Shown here piece by piece: positions 47,198-57,629 of a DNA stretch of 64,000 nucleotides. Location: contig CBDBKE010000004.1 in NCBI GenBank assembly GCA_965206645.1, forward strand, positions 288,001 through 352,000. The letters are read 5' to 3'. The notes beneath the pieces are model-generated. The model saw only the letters and a program-made list of their open reading frames with translations, did no database searches and was not told the DNA's origin. Origin of the DNA: Terriglobia bacterium (GTDB lineage Bacteria; Acidobacteriota; Terriglobia; JAJPHL01; JAPKYU01). The position numbers and the translations under genes are program-made. Each line of letters begins with the position of its first letter. Position 1 is the first letter of the stretch.

Positions 47198-50185
47198 ATG
47201 ATCCCGACACCTGCCGAACCCGAAGCTAGCGAGAGGCTGGCTGTCGCTGAGGCCGGCTCGCCTGTGGCGCAGGCGGATGCCTCGCGCGTGGACGCGGAGG
47301 CGCTGCGCCGGGAATTGGTGTCCCAGCTTGCCGGCGAAGTCCGCTTCGATAGGGTTTCCCGAGCGTTGTATTCCACCGATGCCAGTGTCTACCAGATTGA
47401 GCCTCTGGGCGTAGTGGTGGTGCGCTCGCGCGAGGATGTGATCCACACGGTTCAGGTTTGTCACCAGCTCCGCTGCCCCATCACTGCCCGCGGGGGAGGC
47501 ACTTCGCAGGCGGGCCAGGCCATTGGACCCGGCCTGCAGTTGGACACCTCGAAATTCTTCAACCGACTTCTGGAAGTGAATGCTGCGGAGTGCTGGGCGC
47601 GGGTGGAGCCGGGCATCGTGCTTGACGAGCTAAACGAGCAGCTCCGCCTCCACGGGTTGCAGTTTGCACCCGATGTCTCCACTTCCAATCGAGCGACCCT
47701 GGGAGGGATGATGGCCAATAACTCCTGTGGCGCGCGCTCGGTGCTCTACGGCAAAACCATTGATCATGTGCTGGAGCAGCACGTGGTGCTGGCTGACGGC
47801 AACGTCGCCCACTTTCGACCGCTCGCTCCAGCGGAGTTGGAAGCCATCTGCGCCGAGGACAGCCTGGAAGCGGCTGGGTATCGCGCCGTGCGAGAGTTGG
47901 CCGCTGCCTGCGCCGAAGAGATTGAACGCCGCTTCCCCAAGATTCTCCGGCGCGTCGGAGGCTACAACCTGGACGCTTTCGCTTGCCGGGATCAGCCGTT
48001 CAATCTGGCCAAGCTGATGGTCGGCTCGGAGGGAACGCTGGGCGTAGTGGTGGAAGCGAAGCTAAAGCTGGTTCCGATCCCTCGGACCAGTGTTTTGCTG
48101 GTCATCCACTTCACGGACCTTTTGCCAGCGCTCGCCGCTACCTCAGCCATCCTTGGGCACCAGCCGTCGGCGATTGAGTTGTTGGACAAGTTCATCCTCG
48201 ACTCCACGCGCCAGCGGCCTTCGTTGGAAAGCCTGCGCGACTTCATCCAGGGCGATCCAGGCGCTCTGCTGATCGTCGAGTTCCAGGGCGAGAACCAGGA
48301 ATCGCTATTGGAGCAAGTCGATTCGCTGGAGCTGGACCTTAAGAGCAAACAACTCGGCTACCACTACCATCGCGCGCTGGACCCTGTGGCTCAAGGCCGC
48401 ATCTGGAGTTTGCGCCGGGGGGCGCTGGGTCTTTCCATGGCCATGAAGGGGGATGCCAAGTCGTTTTCTTTCGTGGAAGACACAGCGGTGGCGCCCGAAA
48501 AGCTCCGCGACTACATCGAGCGGTTTCTCCAACTTGTTCGCCGCCACGGAACCACCGCCGGTGTCTACGCGCACGCCTCGGTTGGCTGTCTGCACGTGCG
48601 GCCCGTGGTCAACCTGAAGACCGAGGCAGGCGTGCGGCAATTCGAGGCGATTGCCAGCGACGTTGCTGACCTCGTGCTGGAGTACGGCGGGGCAATCTCG
48701 GGCGAGCACGGCGATGGCTTGGTTCGCAGTCCGTTTATGCGCAGGATGTTCGGGCCCACGCTCTATGAGGCGTTCCGCGCCATCAAGCGCACGTTCGACC
48801 CGCTCGGCATCTTCAATCCAGGCAAGATCGTGGATTCTCCCCCCCTGACCGCCAATCTTCGCTATGGTCCGAGCTACCAGACGCCAGACCCGCCCACCTT
48901 CTTCGACTACTCCGAATATGGCGGCCTGGGCAGGGCCGTGGAAATGTGCAGCGGCCTGGGCGCCTGCCGCAAGAAACTCACAGGAACGATGTGCCCCTCC
49001 TACATGGCCACCCTGGAGGAGATGCACACCACCCGCGGCCGCGCCAACGTGCTGCTCCTGGCGATGGCGGGCAGGCTGGGCGAAGATCGCCTGACGGATG
49101 AGCAGGTGCTTCAGACTCTGGACCTGTGTCTGGAGTGCCGCGCCTGCAAGTCCGAATGTCCCGTCGGGGTGGACATGGCGCGGTACAAGAGTGAGTTTCT
49201 GGCCGCGTACTGGGAGCGCAACCGTATCTCGGGTCAGGCATGGCTGCTGGGCCACCTCCACGCCATTTCCCGATGGGGGAGCCGCTCGGCCCCGGTGTCA
49301 AACTGGCTGGTCCGCAGCTGGCCGGTTCGCCAGCTCAACGAAATGCTGTGGGGCATGGATGCCCGCAGGAAATTGCCGCTGTGGCGACGCCCGACGCTAG
49401 CGCACTGGTTTGCCCGGAGAAACGGGGTATCCCGACTGTCGGGAGATGCCCCCAGGGTCGTATTGTTCAACGATACCTTTACCAATTATTACGAGTCCGA
49501 TGTGGGAATCGCCGCTGTTGAGCTTCTGGAAGCGGCAGGCATCGGCGTTGAGCTGGGGCAGCACGGCTGTTGTGGTCGTCCGCTCATCTCCCAGGGCTTG
49601 TTGAGCAAAGCCCGGGAGAGTGCCGCAGCCAACGCCGAGATTCTGTATCCATCGGCGGCGCAGGGGAAGAAAATCCTGTTTTGCGAGCCGAGCTGCTTAT
49701 CGGCGATGCGCGAGGACGCTCCGGCGCTGCTACGTGGTGAGGCCCAGAGCAGGGCAATGGTTGTGGCCCGGGCCTGCATGCTACTGGAAGAGTTTCTGGA
49801 GACGGAGTGGCAGTCCGGGCGGGTGGGGTTGGCGCTACGGCCGGGTCCGCGCAAGGTGCTCCTGCATGGGCATTGCCATCAGAAGGCTATGGGGCTGCTG
49901 CCGGCTGCCCGGGCGTTGCTCGGCCGCATCCCTTCCTGCACAGTGGTGGATCTGGATGCGGGCTGCTGTGGGATGGCAGGCTCGTTCGGGTATCTGCGCA
50001 ATCACTATGATCTGTCGCGCAAGATCGCCGAGCAGCGCCTGCTGCCGGCGGTCCGCAGCAAAGAACCGGATACGGTGTTGGCAGCGCCTGGGGTCTCCTG
50101 CCGCCATCAGGTGGAGGACTTCAGCGGCGAGAAAGCGGTGCATCCGGCCGTCCTGCTGCGATCCCTGCTGGCCGAGAGCCGATGA
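47198..50185 (+). CDS. FAD-binding/(Fe-S)-binding oxidoreductase (GlcD-GlcF fusion, YdiJ-like 2-hydroxyacid dehydrogenase)
   Basis: YSTDASVY, RGGGTSQAGQ, GSEGTL, GCLHVRP, SGEHGDG, CLECRACKSECP, CCG, CCGMAGSFG. Confidence 0.92.
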   Translation: MIPTPAEPEASERLAVAEAGSPVAQADASRVDAEALRRELVSQLAGEVRFDRVSRALYSTDASVYQIEPLGVVVVRSREDVIHTVQVCHQLRCPITARGGGTSQAGQAIGPGLQLDTSKFFNRLLEVNAAECWARVEPGIVLDELNEQLRLHGLQFAPDVSTSNRATLGGMMANNSCGARSVLYGKTIDHVLEQHVVLADGNVAHFRPLAPAELEAICAEDSLEAAGYRAVRELAAACAEEIERRFPKILRRVGGYNLDAFACRDQPFNLAKLMVGSEGTLGVVVEAKLKLVPIPRTSVLLVIHFTDLLPALAATSAILGHQPSAIELLDKFILDSTRQRPSLESLRDFIQGDPGALLIVEFQGENQESLLEQVDSLELDLKSKQLGYHYHRALDPVAQGRIWSLRRGALGLSMAMKGDAKSFSFVEDTAVAPEKLRDYIERFLQLVRRHGTTAGVYAHASVGCLHVRPVVNLKTEAGVRQFEAIASDVADLVLEYGGAISGEHGDGLVRSPFMRRMFGPTLYEAFRAIKRTFDPLGIFNPGKIVDSPPLTANLRYGPSYQTPDPPTFFDYSEYGGLGRAVEMCSGLGACRKKLTGTMCPSYMATLEEMHTTRGRANVLLLAMAGRLGEDRLTDEQVLQTLDLCLECRACKSECPVGVDMARYKSEFLAAYWERNRISGQAWLLGHLHAISRWGSRSAPVSNWLVRSWPVRQLNEMLWGMDARRKLPLWRRPTLAHWFARRNGVSRLSGDAPRVVLFNDTFTNYYESDVGIAAVELLEAAGIGVELGQHGCCGRPLISQGLLSKARESAAANAEILYPSAAQGKKILFCEPSCLSAMREDAPALLRGEAQSRAMVVARACMLLEEFLETEWQSGRVGLALRPGPRKVLLHGHCHQKAMGLLPAARALLGRIPSCTVVDLDAGCCGMAGSFGYLRNHYDLSRKIAEQRLLPAVRSKEPDTVLAAPGVSCRHQVEDFSGEKAVHPAVLLRSLLAESR

Positions 50186-50297
50186 GCGAGTTCGCCACAG
50201 AGACCTTGAGGACACAGAGGTTCCTTTCCGCAAAGGCGGGATTCTGTCGAAATGAAGCAGGCGCTGGTTTTCTTCACAGCGCCTTCGGAGTAGGGAA

Positions 50298-51602
50298 GTG
50301 AATCTGGCAGCTGTCTCGTTCGGCGCGTTGCTGCTGGCGATCCTGCTTAGCTCCACTACGAAAGTCAATGTCGGCTTCCTCTCGATTGTCTTCGCCTGGA
50401 TCATCGGGGTCTACCTGAGCGGGATGCAGGTGGGGGAGGTGGCGGCCGGCTTCCCGACCCAACTGTTTCTGACGCTGGTGGGCGTCACGCTCCTATTTGC
50501 TCAGGCCCAGGTCAATGGGACTTTGGACAAAGTGGCGCATCGGGCCCTACGGATTTGCAGAGGAAACGTGGGATTGATCCCGGTGATGTTTTTCTTTCTG
50601 GCGCTGGTGTTGGCCTCCGTTGGACCTGGCAACATCGCCGCAACCGCCCTGATGGCCCCCATGGCGATGGCGTTGGCGGGTCGCGCGGGGATCTCGGGCT
50701 TCTTGATGGCGATCATGGTGGCCAATGGCGCCAACGCCGGGTCGCTCTCTCCCTTTGCCCCCACCGGCATCATTGTCAATGGCCTGATGGCGCGGATGGA
50801 GCTGGGCGGATGGGAGTGGCAAACCTACCTCAATAACCTGATCGCGCATACGGGCATCGCCTTTGCCGGCTACTTCCTCTTTGGAGGGTGGCGGCTTTTC
50901 GGGCGAACCTATGCCGGCGAGCAAGTCTTGGCGGCAAGCGAGCCGGACGGTACTCCGGCCGGTAGCGCTTCCCCGCAAGCGCAAGCCGACGTTGCCCAGC
51001 CGTTTCAGCCCAGACAGTGGGTGACGCTGGGAGTCATTGGCGCCTGGATCATGGCCGTGATCCTGTTCGGCGTGCATGTCGGGATGGGCGCCTTCGCGGC
51101 GGTCATCCTGCTTCTCCTGTTTCGGGTTGCTGACGAGGGCACGACGGTACGGGCTGTGCCCTGGCGCGTCATCCTTATGGTAACCGGCGTCACGGTGCTG
51201 ATTGCGATGCTGGAAAAGACCGGCGGGATGGATCTGTTTGTCTCCGTGCTGGTCCGCTTCTCCACCCGCGACTCGGTTACCGGCGTGATTGCGTTCCTGA
51301 CTGGATTTATTTCCGTTTATAGCAGCACCTCCGGGGTCGTGTTGCCGGCGTTCCTGCCGACCGTGCCTGGGCTGGTCGAGAAGCTGGGGGGCGGCGACCC
51401 GCTGGCCATCGCCTCGGCCATGAACGTCGGGGCTCACCTGGTTGACGTTTCTCCGGTTTCTACCCTTGGGGCGCTCTGTGTGGCTTCGGCTGCTTCCACC
51501 GAAGACACCCGCGCGCTGTTCAACAAACTGCTGGCCTGGGGCCTTTCGATGTCAGTGGTGGGCGGCCTGATCTGCTACGTCTTCTTCGGCTTGTTGTGGT
51601 AG
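50298..51602 (+). CDS. SLC13/DASS or MatC-like dicarboxylate transporter
   Basis: Highly hydrophobic; GFPTQLFLTLVGVT.LF..A..NGTL, SPFAPTG, SPVSTLGAL. Confidence 0.8.
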   Translation: MNLAAVSFGALLLAILLSSTTKVNVGFLSIVFAWIIGVYLSGMQVGEVAAGFPTQLFLTLVGVTLLFAQAQVNGTLDKVAHRALRICRGNVGLIPVMFFFLALVLASVGPGNIAATALMAPMAMALAGRAGISGFLMAIMVANGANAGSLSPFAPTGIIVNGLMARMELGGWEWQTYLNNLIAHTGIAFAGYFLFGGWRLFGRTYAGEQVLAASEPDGTPAGSASPQAQADVAQPFQPRQWVTLGVIGAWIMAVILFGVHVGMGAFAAVILLLLFRVADEGTTVRAVPWRVILMVTGVTVLIAMLEKTGGMDLFVSVLVRFSTRDSVTGVIAFLTGFISVYSSTSGVVLPAFLPTVPGLVEKLGGGDPLAIASAMNVGAHLVDVSPVSTLGALCVASAASTEDTRALFNKLLAWGLSMSVVGGLICYVFFGLLW

Positions 51603-51743
51603 CTGACGAGTGCGGCGGTTTGTGGGGGTATTTTTGATTGGGGCCTAGGCCTAAAAACTTTGCCGGAGGCCAAAGAGCTGAGTAACCAAACCGGCGCAAG
51701 GTTCACGCGGCCTTATTGCTGCTTTGTGGGGATACCTTAGCTT

Positions 51744-53327
51744 TTAAGAAGGCATGCGGCCACGCCGCAAACGTGCGCCCGCCCATATGGCGAGTGGCGC
51801 AACGAACATAGCAATGCTAACTCCTATCAAAGCAAGCAGATGCAGGTAGGTTTTAAAGAGTACATTTAAGTCTGGCACCCGCTGGGTCATCCACAAGCCG
51901 TAAGACCAGTAGACCCAAAGCACTTGGCCTGCCAGTGACAGGCTGATCAGCAGCGCGGTCGCTGCCGAGAGCCGAAGACCAGCCCGGCCAGATATCAGGC
52001 CCATGACGAAGGCGGCTGTCAAAAGCGCTCCACCGGCCAGAACCATGTTTTTCAGCAGAAAGCTCTCCAGGTATTCCTCTCGATTGATCGTGCTCAATGA
52101 ATAGCCTAACCCGAACCGATCCAGGAGCAGGAAATGGGTCAGGTAAAAGACCAGAAGCGCGCCCAGGGCACCGCGCCATTGGGCCGGCGTCTCGAAGACA
52201 CTGACGAAGAGCCAGGCCAGCAGGAACAGCAGTCCCAGGCCCAGACGCCTGGCGATAGGGCTACGCACACTGCGAAGCCGATCCATGGCCTGCTGTTCCG
52301 TGCCTGCCAGAACCCCCCGGCGAATCAAGGCGAAAATTCTACTCTGGTTGTTCTGCATCCCCATCAGCCTGTCGCGCAAGCTGGGATCAAGCTGGAGAGC
52401 GCCGAATAACACCTTGCCCTCATTGGTGGCGGGAAAGGGCAGGCCGAGTAGAGCACAAATGGTGGGCGCCACATCCACGTGCTCGGCTTCTAATTGAGCG
52501 CCGCGGCGCACCGGGCCGCCGACCAGCACCAGCGGCACTTCGAGCACCTCAGGTTCGCTGCCACCATGGCCTCCGCGGTCCAGGTGGCCGTGGTCCGCGG
52601 TCACGATGATGACCGTTTGGCTGAGGTCCTGCGAGGCCACCAGCTTGCGCAGGCAGTTGTCGATGATGCCGTAGACTTCTCGGGCAACAGGCGACAGCGG
52701 CCCGTAGTCGTGGGAGGCGGTGTCGGCAGCCGTCAAATCAATGGCCAGGAAATTGAACTCCGTATTACGCACAAACTCCAACCCCTCCGTACAACGGCGC
52801 TCCTGCCAATTGAGCAGTTGCGCTGGCGGGGCAAATTTCGGCTCCTTGGCCGGCGGCAGCAGCGCATCCAGATGAAGACCAAACCCCCGAATCCAAAACT
52901 CGGAGCCAGCCGCCGCGGTGCGCTGCCCGGCAGCCCGGGCGAGGGAAAACACCGAGTCGGCATCCACCGGCTGCGCCGCGAAGTTGGAGGTGATGCCGTG
53001 CACCTCCGCCCAGGCGCCGGTGGCCAGCACTGCCCGCCCCGGATAGGAGAACGACGGCACACCCACCTGGGCGCTGCCGGAGGCGCCGCGGCGTCGCAGC
53101 TCATTCAGGAAGTCCATCTGGCGGGAGGTGTCCAGGCGGAGGCCGTCTATGGTCACCAGGATAACGCGCGGAACCAGCGGCTCCGCGGCAGGCAACGGTG
53201 GGTGGAACCGATAGGGAGTGCGATAGTGAACCACGCTGTCCCAGGCGGAGGCCGCGATTTGATACCCGCCCCAGGCCATCCCTAGGATCAGCAACGCGCA
53301 GGTAACGGGTGGTCCCCAGTCTCGCAT
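51744..53327 (-). CDS. Alkaline-phosphatase-superfamily protein with C-terminal membrane domain
   Basis: LVTIDGLRLD, PSFSYP, DTASH, TADHGH..GGHGG, DVAPTI; several C-terminal TM helices. Confidence 0.8.
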   Translation of the reverse strand: MRDWGPPVTCALLILGMAWGGYQIAASAWDSVVHYRTPYRFHPPLPAAEPLVPRVILVTIDGLRLDTSRQMDFLNELRRRGASGSAQVGVPSFSYPGRAVLATGAWAEVHGITSNFAAQPVDADSVFSLARAAGQRTAAAGSEFWIRGFGLHLDALLPPAKEPKFAPPAQLLNWQERRCTEGLEFVRNTEFNFLAIDLTAADTASHDYGPLSPVAREVYGIIDNCLRKLVASQDLSQTVIIVTADHGHLDRGGHGGSEPEVLEVPLVLVGGPVRRGAQLEAEHVDVAPTICALLGLPFPATNEGKVLFGALQLDPSLRDRLMGMQNNQSRIFALIRRGVLAGTEQQAMDRLRSVRSPIARRLGLGLLFLLAWLFVSVFETPAQWRGALGALLVFYLTHFLLLDRFGLGYSLSTINREEYLESFLLKNMVLAGGALLTAAFVMGLISGRAGLRLSAATALLISLSLAGQVLWVYWSYGLWMTQRVPDLNVLFKTYLHLLALIGVSIAMFVAPLAIWAGARLRRGRMPS

Positions 53328-53429
53328 TTAAGTTCGAAACAATTCCCCAGCGTCGCAAACCGGCGTTGCGTATAGCCGGGAACCTTTGGCACAGACTTGA
53401 GTAGAATACCAATAGACCATGGCATCGCG

Positions 53430-54065
53430 ATGAATTTACCACTTCCAGAACTGCTGGCTCTGGCGCTCGCTTCCGCGGTGGCTTCCGGCTTGAATGCCTA
53501 TGCCAGCGTGGCCATGATCGGTCTGCTCCAACGCTACGACGTGATTCAGCTGCCGCCGCCTATGAACGCCCTCAGTCAGGACTGGGTGATTGGGGTGGCG
53601 CTGGCGCTGTTTGCCATTGAGTTTGTTGCCGACAAGATCCCCTACTTGGATAATCTCTGGGACGCCATCCACACGTTCATCCGAGTGCCGGTCGGAGCGG
53701 GCTTGGCGGCCGGGTTCTTCGCCGGTCAGGCGGGTCCCTGGCAGGCGCTGATGGCGGTGGTGGGCGGCGCGCTGGCCCTGCAATCGCACGGCACCAAGGC
53801 CTCGGCCCGGCTGGCGGTCAACACCAGCCCGGAACCGTTCAGCAACTGGGCGCTCAGCCTGGGCGAGGACATCCTGGTAGCGCTGCTGCTGTGGATGGCT
53901 GCCTCGCATCCCTACATCACCCTTGCCATTCTAGCCGTGCTGGTGGTGATTTTTGTACTGCTGGCGCGTGTGATTCTTGATGCGCTGCGGCGGATGTTGC
54001 GGCGTCTGAGCGGGCGGTCAGGCGCCGCCCCCGCCCCGAGGACCACCGCGAGCTCCCCGCGCTGA
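53430..54065 (+). CDS. DUF4126 domain membrane protein
   Basis: ASGLNAY, EFVADKIP.LD.LWD.IHTFIR, NTSPEPFSN..LSLGED. Confidence 0.88.
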   Translation: MNLPLPELLALALASAVASGLNAYASVAMIGLLQRYDVIQLPPPMNALSQDWVIGVALALFAIEFVADKIPYLDNLWDAIHTFIRVPVGAGLAAGFFAGQAGPWQALMAVVGGALALQSHGTKASARLAVNTSPEPFSNWALSLGEDILVALLLWMAASHPYITLAILAVLVVIFVLLARVILDALRRMLRRLSGRSGAAPAPRTTASSPR

Positions 54066-54174
54066 GATTCCTATCCGCCCGAAGGGCGGCGGCCTTAGAA
54101 GTGCAGGTTCAGGCGTCCGGCAACGACGCGGCGGCCTGCGAATTGGATTGGCGGAGGCTCGCAACTTCCATTGT

Positions 54175-55104
54175 TTAATCGCTTGAGTTTGTATGAACTA
54201 TCCCTAAAGTGTCTCGCCAGAAGGCCAGCACCCGCCGCTCGTACTCTTCAGGAGCTGTTTCCCAGGCCTGGCCGTGTGTTGCGTCCGGGACCGTCCAGAA
54301 CATTTTGGGATCCCGTGCCGCCACATAAAGAGTTTCCACCGAGTCACAGGGAAACACTGTGTCCATGTCCTCATCAATCAGGAACACAGGGCGCGGACTG
54401 ATTCTGCCGATAACCTCAACAGGGGCTACCTTGTCCAAATCAACTCCCAGACGAAGCTCAGCGGTCCATTTCGTGAGGTGTGCGAAGGGGAAACAAGGCA
54501 GTCCAAATCCCAATTCGTTCTTAAACGAATGGCAGAGAATGTCATTGATGCTTGTGAAGGGAATATGGGCGACCATCCCCTTGATTTCCGGCTTCTCGGC
54601 TGCGGCCAGTATGGCCGATGCGGCACCCAGAGAGTTACCCTGTACGCCGATACGTTCCGGGTCTACATCGGGGCGCGTCTTCAGATAGTCCACCGCACTT
54701 TGGATGTCCCACGATTCCTTGGCGCCGAGCGTTTGCGCGTCCCCTTCGCTCTCACCGCGATAGCGAAAATCGACCAGCAGGGTAGAGAAACCGGCCTTAT
54801 GCAGATAATCCGCGTGGGGTAACATCCAATCCTTGTAACCACCCCTGCCATGGGCCAGCACAACAGTCGCACCGTTGGTGCTGGGAACGAACCAACCGGC
54901 CAGCTTCAGCCCATCCCGGCTCTGAAAGTGCACGTTCTTCAGTGGCAGTTTGTAATCCTCCGGCCGGTAAGGCGATGGCTCCTGCTTCGGGTGGATAACT
55001 TGCTCGGATGCGTACCAACCAACCGCCCCGAGAGCCACTACAACCCCGACCACGACAGCAGCCGCCCAGTACACCTTTCCCCTCCTCGCCAGCGGGCCTT
55101 TCAT
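54175..55104 (-). CDS. Alpha/beta hydrolase (membrane-anchored)
   Basis: N-terminal TM, DGLKLAGWF, HG, DFRYRGES, GNSLG nucleophile elbow, C-terminal His. Confidence 0.88.
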   Translation of the reverse strand: MKGPLARRGKVYWAAAVVVGVVVALGAVGWYASEQVIHPKQEPSPYRPEDYKLPLKNVHFQSRDGLKLAGWFVPSTNGATVVLAHGRGGYKDWMLPHADYLHKAGFSTLLVDFRYRGESEGDAQTLGAKESWDIQSAVDYLKTRPDVDPERIGVQGNSLGAASAILAAAEKPEIKGMVAHIPFTSINDILCHSFKNELGFGLPCFPFAHLTKWTAELRLGVDLDKVAPVEVIGRISPRPVFLIDEDMDTVFPCDSVETLYVAARDPKMFWTVPDATHGQAWETAPEEYERRVLAFWRDTLGIVHTNSSD

Positions 55105-55169
55105 ATCAAGTTCCAGGGCGTACTCCCGCCTACGTTTTCCAAAGCTGCGCCAGGGAACAAAAGGTGAGC

Positions 55170-56206
55170 CTATCCGAAGAAGGTGGAAGCGATCCTGTAA
55201 AGTTCCTCGTCGACGTAGCGGGTGATCAGTGCCTCCTGAAACGGCACGGACACAATGCTGCGGCCCTGGAGAGCCACCATTTTGCCGAATTCTCCGCGGT
55301 GGACCATCTCGCTGGCGGCAACTCCGAAGCGCGTGGCCAGGATGCGGTCGAAGGCTGTTGGCGAACCCCCACGCTGGATGTGCCCGAGAATCACGACTCG
55401 CGTCTCAAACCCGGTGCGCTGCTCGATCTGCTTGGCCAACACCTGCCCAATCCCGCCCAACTGCACGTGCCCGAACTCATCCACGCGCTCACTCTGGCGC
55501 ACCTCCTGCGGCGCTCCGCCCGGCAGGCTCAGCTTGCAGCCTTCGGCCACAACCACAATACTGAATTCGCGTCCCCGCTGGTTTCGCTTGTGAAGGATTC
55601 CGGCGACCTCCTCCAGATTGATGGGGATCTCTGGAATCAGAATGACATCGGCTCCGCCGGCCATGCCGGCGCCGACGGCGATCCAGCCCGTGTCCCTGCC
55701 CATTACCTCCACGACCATCACCCGCTGGTGTGCCTCGGCGGTGCTGTGGACGCGGTCGATGGCCTCGGTAGCGATATTGACAGCGGTGTCGAAGCCGAAG
55801 GTCTGGTCGGTGCCAGACAGGTCGTTGTCAATTGTCTTGGGAACGCCGACCACGTTCTTGCCCCGCCGGTGGAGCTCCTCCGCCACTGACATGGTGTCGT
55901 CGCCGCCCACTGCGATGAGCGCGTAGAGGCCCGGTCGAAGTTCTCTGTCACTCGCTGGATTCCATTGGGCCGATTGGTGGGGTTGGTTCGCGAGGTGCGC
56001 AGGATCGTGCCGCCTCGCGGCAGAATGCCTGCGACTTTGTCCAGATCCAATGGCTCCCACTTGGCTTCCAGCAGGCCGCGCCATCCTTCCAGGATTCCCA
56101 GCACCTCGCACCCATGCTGGAGGGATCTGCGCACTACGGCTCGAATCACCGCATTCAAGCCGGGGCAGTCGCCTCCGCCAGTGAAGATTCCGATGCGCTT
56201 CGCCAT
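55170..56206 (-). pseudogene. pfkA: 6-phosphofructokinase (PfkA family, probably PPi-dependent), frameshifted near 55930
   Basis: [13 protein letters not shown]...GGTIL in one frame; GGDDT, PKTIDND, EVMGR, LGHIQRGG in another. Confidence 0.88.
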
Positions 56207-56400
56207 GTCAATTCGCTGATTGAGGAGATTTATCGGGTCAGATTACCACATACGCCGCGGAAGCAATGAAGGCGCAAACCAACTGGAGTTCCTGCGTGAG
56301 CACAGCTCGCAACCTGCGCTGACTCAGAGCCGTGACTCAAGGCGGTTAATGCGACTCCGACATTCTTGCTGTTTCCTAGTCTTGTTTCTTGGTTCGGAAA

Positions 56401-57429
56401 TCAGCCTGCTGGAGCTATCCGCAGAGCTTTGCGTGAAGGTGTGGACACAGGGAAGCGGCGAAGTCTCGCCCCATCCATGAAGCGGAGCGAACCGGGCGCC
56501 GAAGCGGCTAGCTGTTCGGTCGTGCGCTGTGGTTTCATGCGATTTAGCCGCGCGCGAAACACCTGTACCTCGATGTTGCGGTAGGTTACCGAATGGTGGA
56601 AGGCGCTGACACGGTCAAGCCGGTCCAGCAGCGGGTGCGGCAGTTCCGGCAGCGACCAGAAGCGAGGCCACCAACCGCGGCCGCTGGGGGGCGCCAGCAG
56701 GACCTGGCCGTCGCGCTCTACCAGCGCAAGCTGCAAGCGGAACCGCTGGGGCGGCCGGCGCGGCCTGGGTGGCGGGAAGCGAGCGACCGTGCCCGTCTGC
56801 CGCGCCTGGCAATGCGCCACGAGCGGACATTTCGGGCACAACGGGGCCCGCGGCCGGCAGATCGTCGCCCCCAACTCCATCAGCGCCTGGTTGAAGTCGC
56901 CGGGCCGGTTGCGGTCGAGCAGCGAGGTCGCTCTTTCCTGCAATCCCTCGGCGCAGGCGAACAGCCGCGCTAGCACGCGTCGAACGTTTCCATCTACCAC
57001 CGCGTGCGGCTCGCCGAAGGCGATACTGGCCACCGCTGCCGCGGTGTACGGACCAACTCCGGGCAGGGCGCGCCATTCCGAGTAGGTGGAAGGGAAGCAG
57101 CCTCGGGTGCGGATCTGGCGGGCGGCGGCCTGCAGCGCGCGCGCGCGCGAGTAGTAGCCCAATCCGGCCCAGGCGCGCAGCACCGTTTGTGGCCGCGCAC
57201 GTGCCAACACTTCCACGGACGGGAACAGTTGGAGGAAGCGCTGGTAATAGGGCTCGACCGCAGCCACTCGCGTCTGTTGCAGCATCACTTCGGCGAGCCA
57301 CACCCGATAGGGGTCCGGCGTTCGGCGCCACGGCAGATTGCGCCGGTGTCGGTCATACCACTTCAGCAGCTTGCGGCGCAATTTTTGCGGGTGATACACT
57401 TCATCAGGGATGTTCGCCGCGAGCCCCAT
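56401..57429 (-). CDS. mutY: A/G-specific adenine glycosylase
   Basis: LPWR, EVMLQQT, WAGLGYYSRAR, LPGVGPYTA, VDGNV.RV, CRPRAPLCPKCPL...C. Confidence 0.95.
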   Translation of the reverse strand: MGLAANIPDEVYHPQKLRRKLLKWYDRHRRNLPWRRTPDPYRVWLAEVMLQQTRVAAVEPYYQRFLQLFPSVEVLARARPQTVLRAWAGLGYYSRARALQAAARQIRTRGCFPSTYSEWRALPGVGPYTAAAVASIAFGEPHAVVDGNVRRVLARLFACAEGLQERATSLLDRNRPGDFNQALMELGATICRPRAPLCPKCPLVAHCQARQTGTVARFPPPRPRRPPQRFRLQLALVERDGQVLLAPPSGRGWWPRFWSLPELPHPLLDRLDRVSAFHHSVTYRNIEVQVFRARLNRMKPQRTTEQLAASAPGSLRFMDGARLRRFPVSTPSRKALRIAPAG

Positions 57430-57629
57430 TTCTTCACAGAGTTGAACCTTTGGGCATTATAGTCGGGTTTTCGGTGGCCGATAAGAGGTTCAATGCCGAA
57501 ACCGGCCGTACGATTGCATTCAGGGGCGGCCCCGTGTATGTTACCGGTCGGTCGAGATTTGAAAACGGAAATCCTGAAGTAATACACCTGAAGTAATACA
57601 CTATGTGACGCGCGAAGAGGCTCTCCCTT

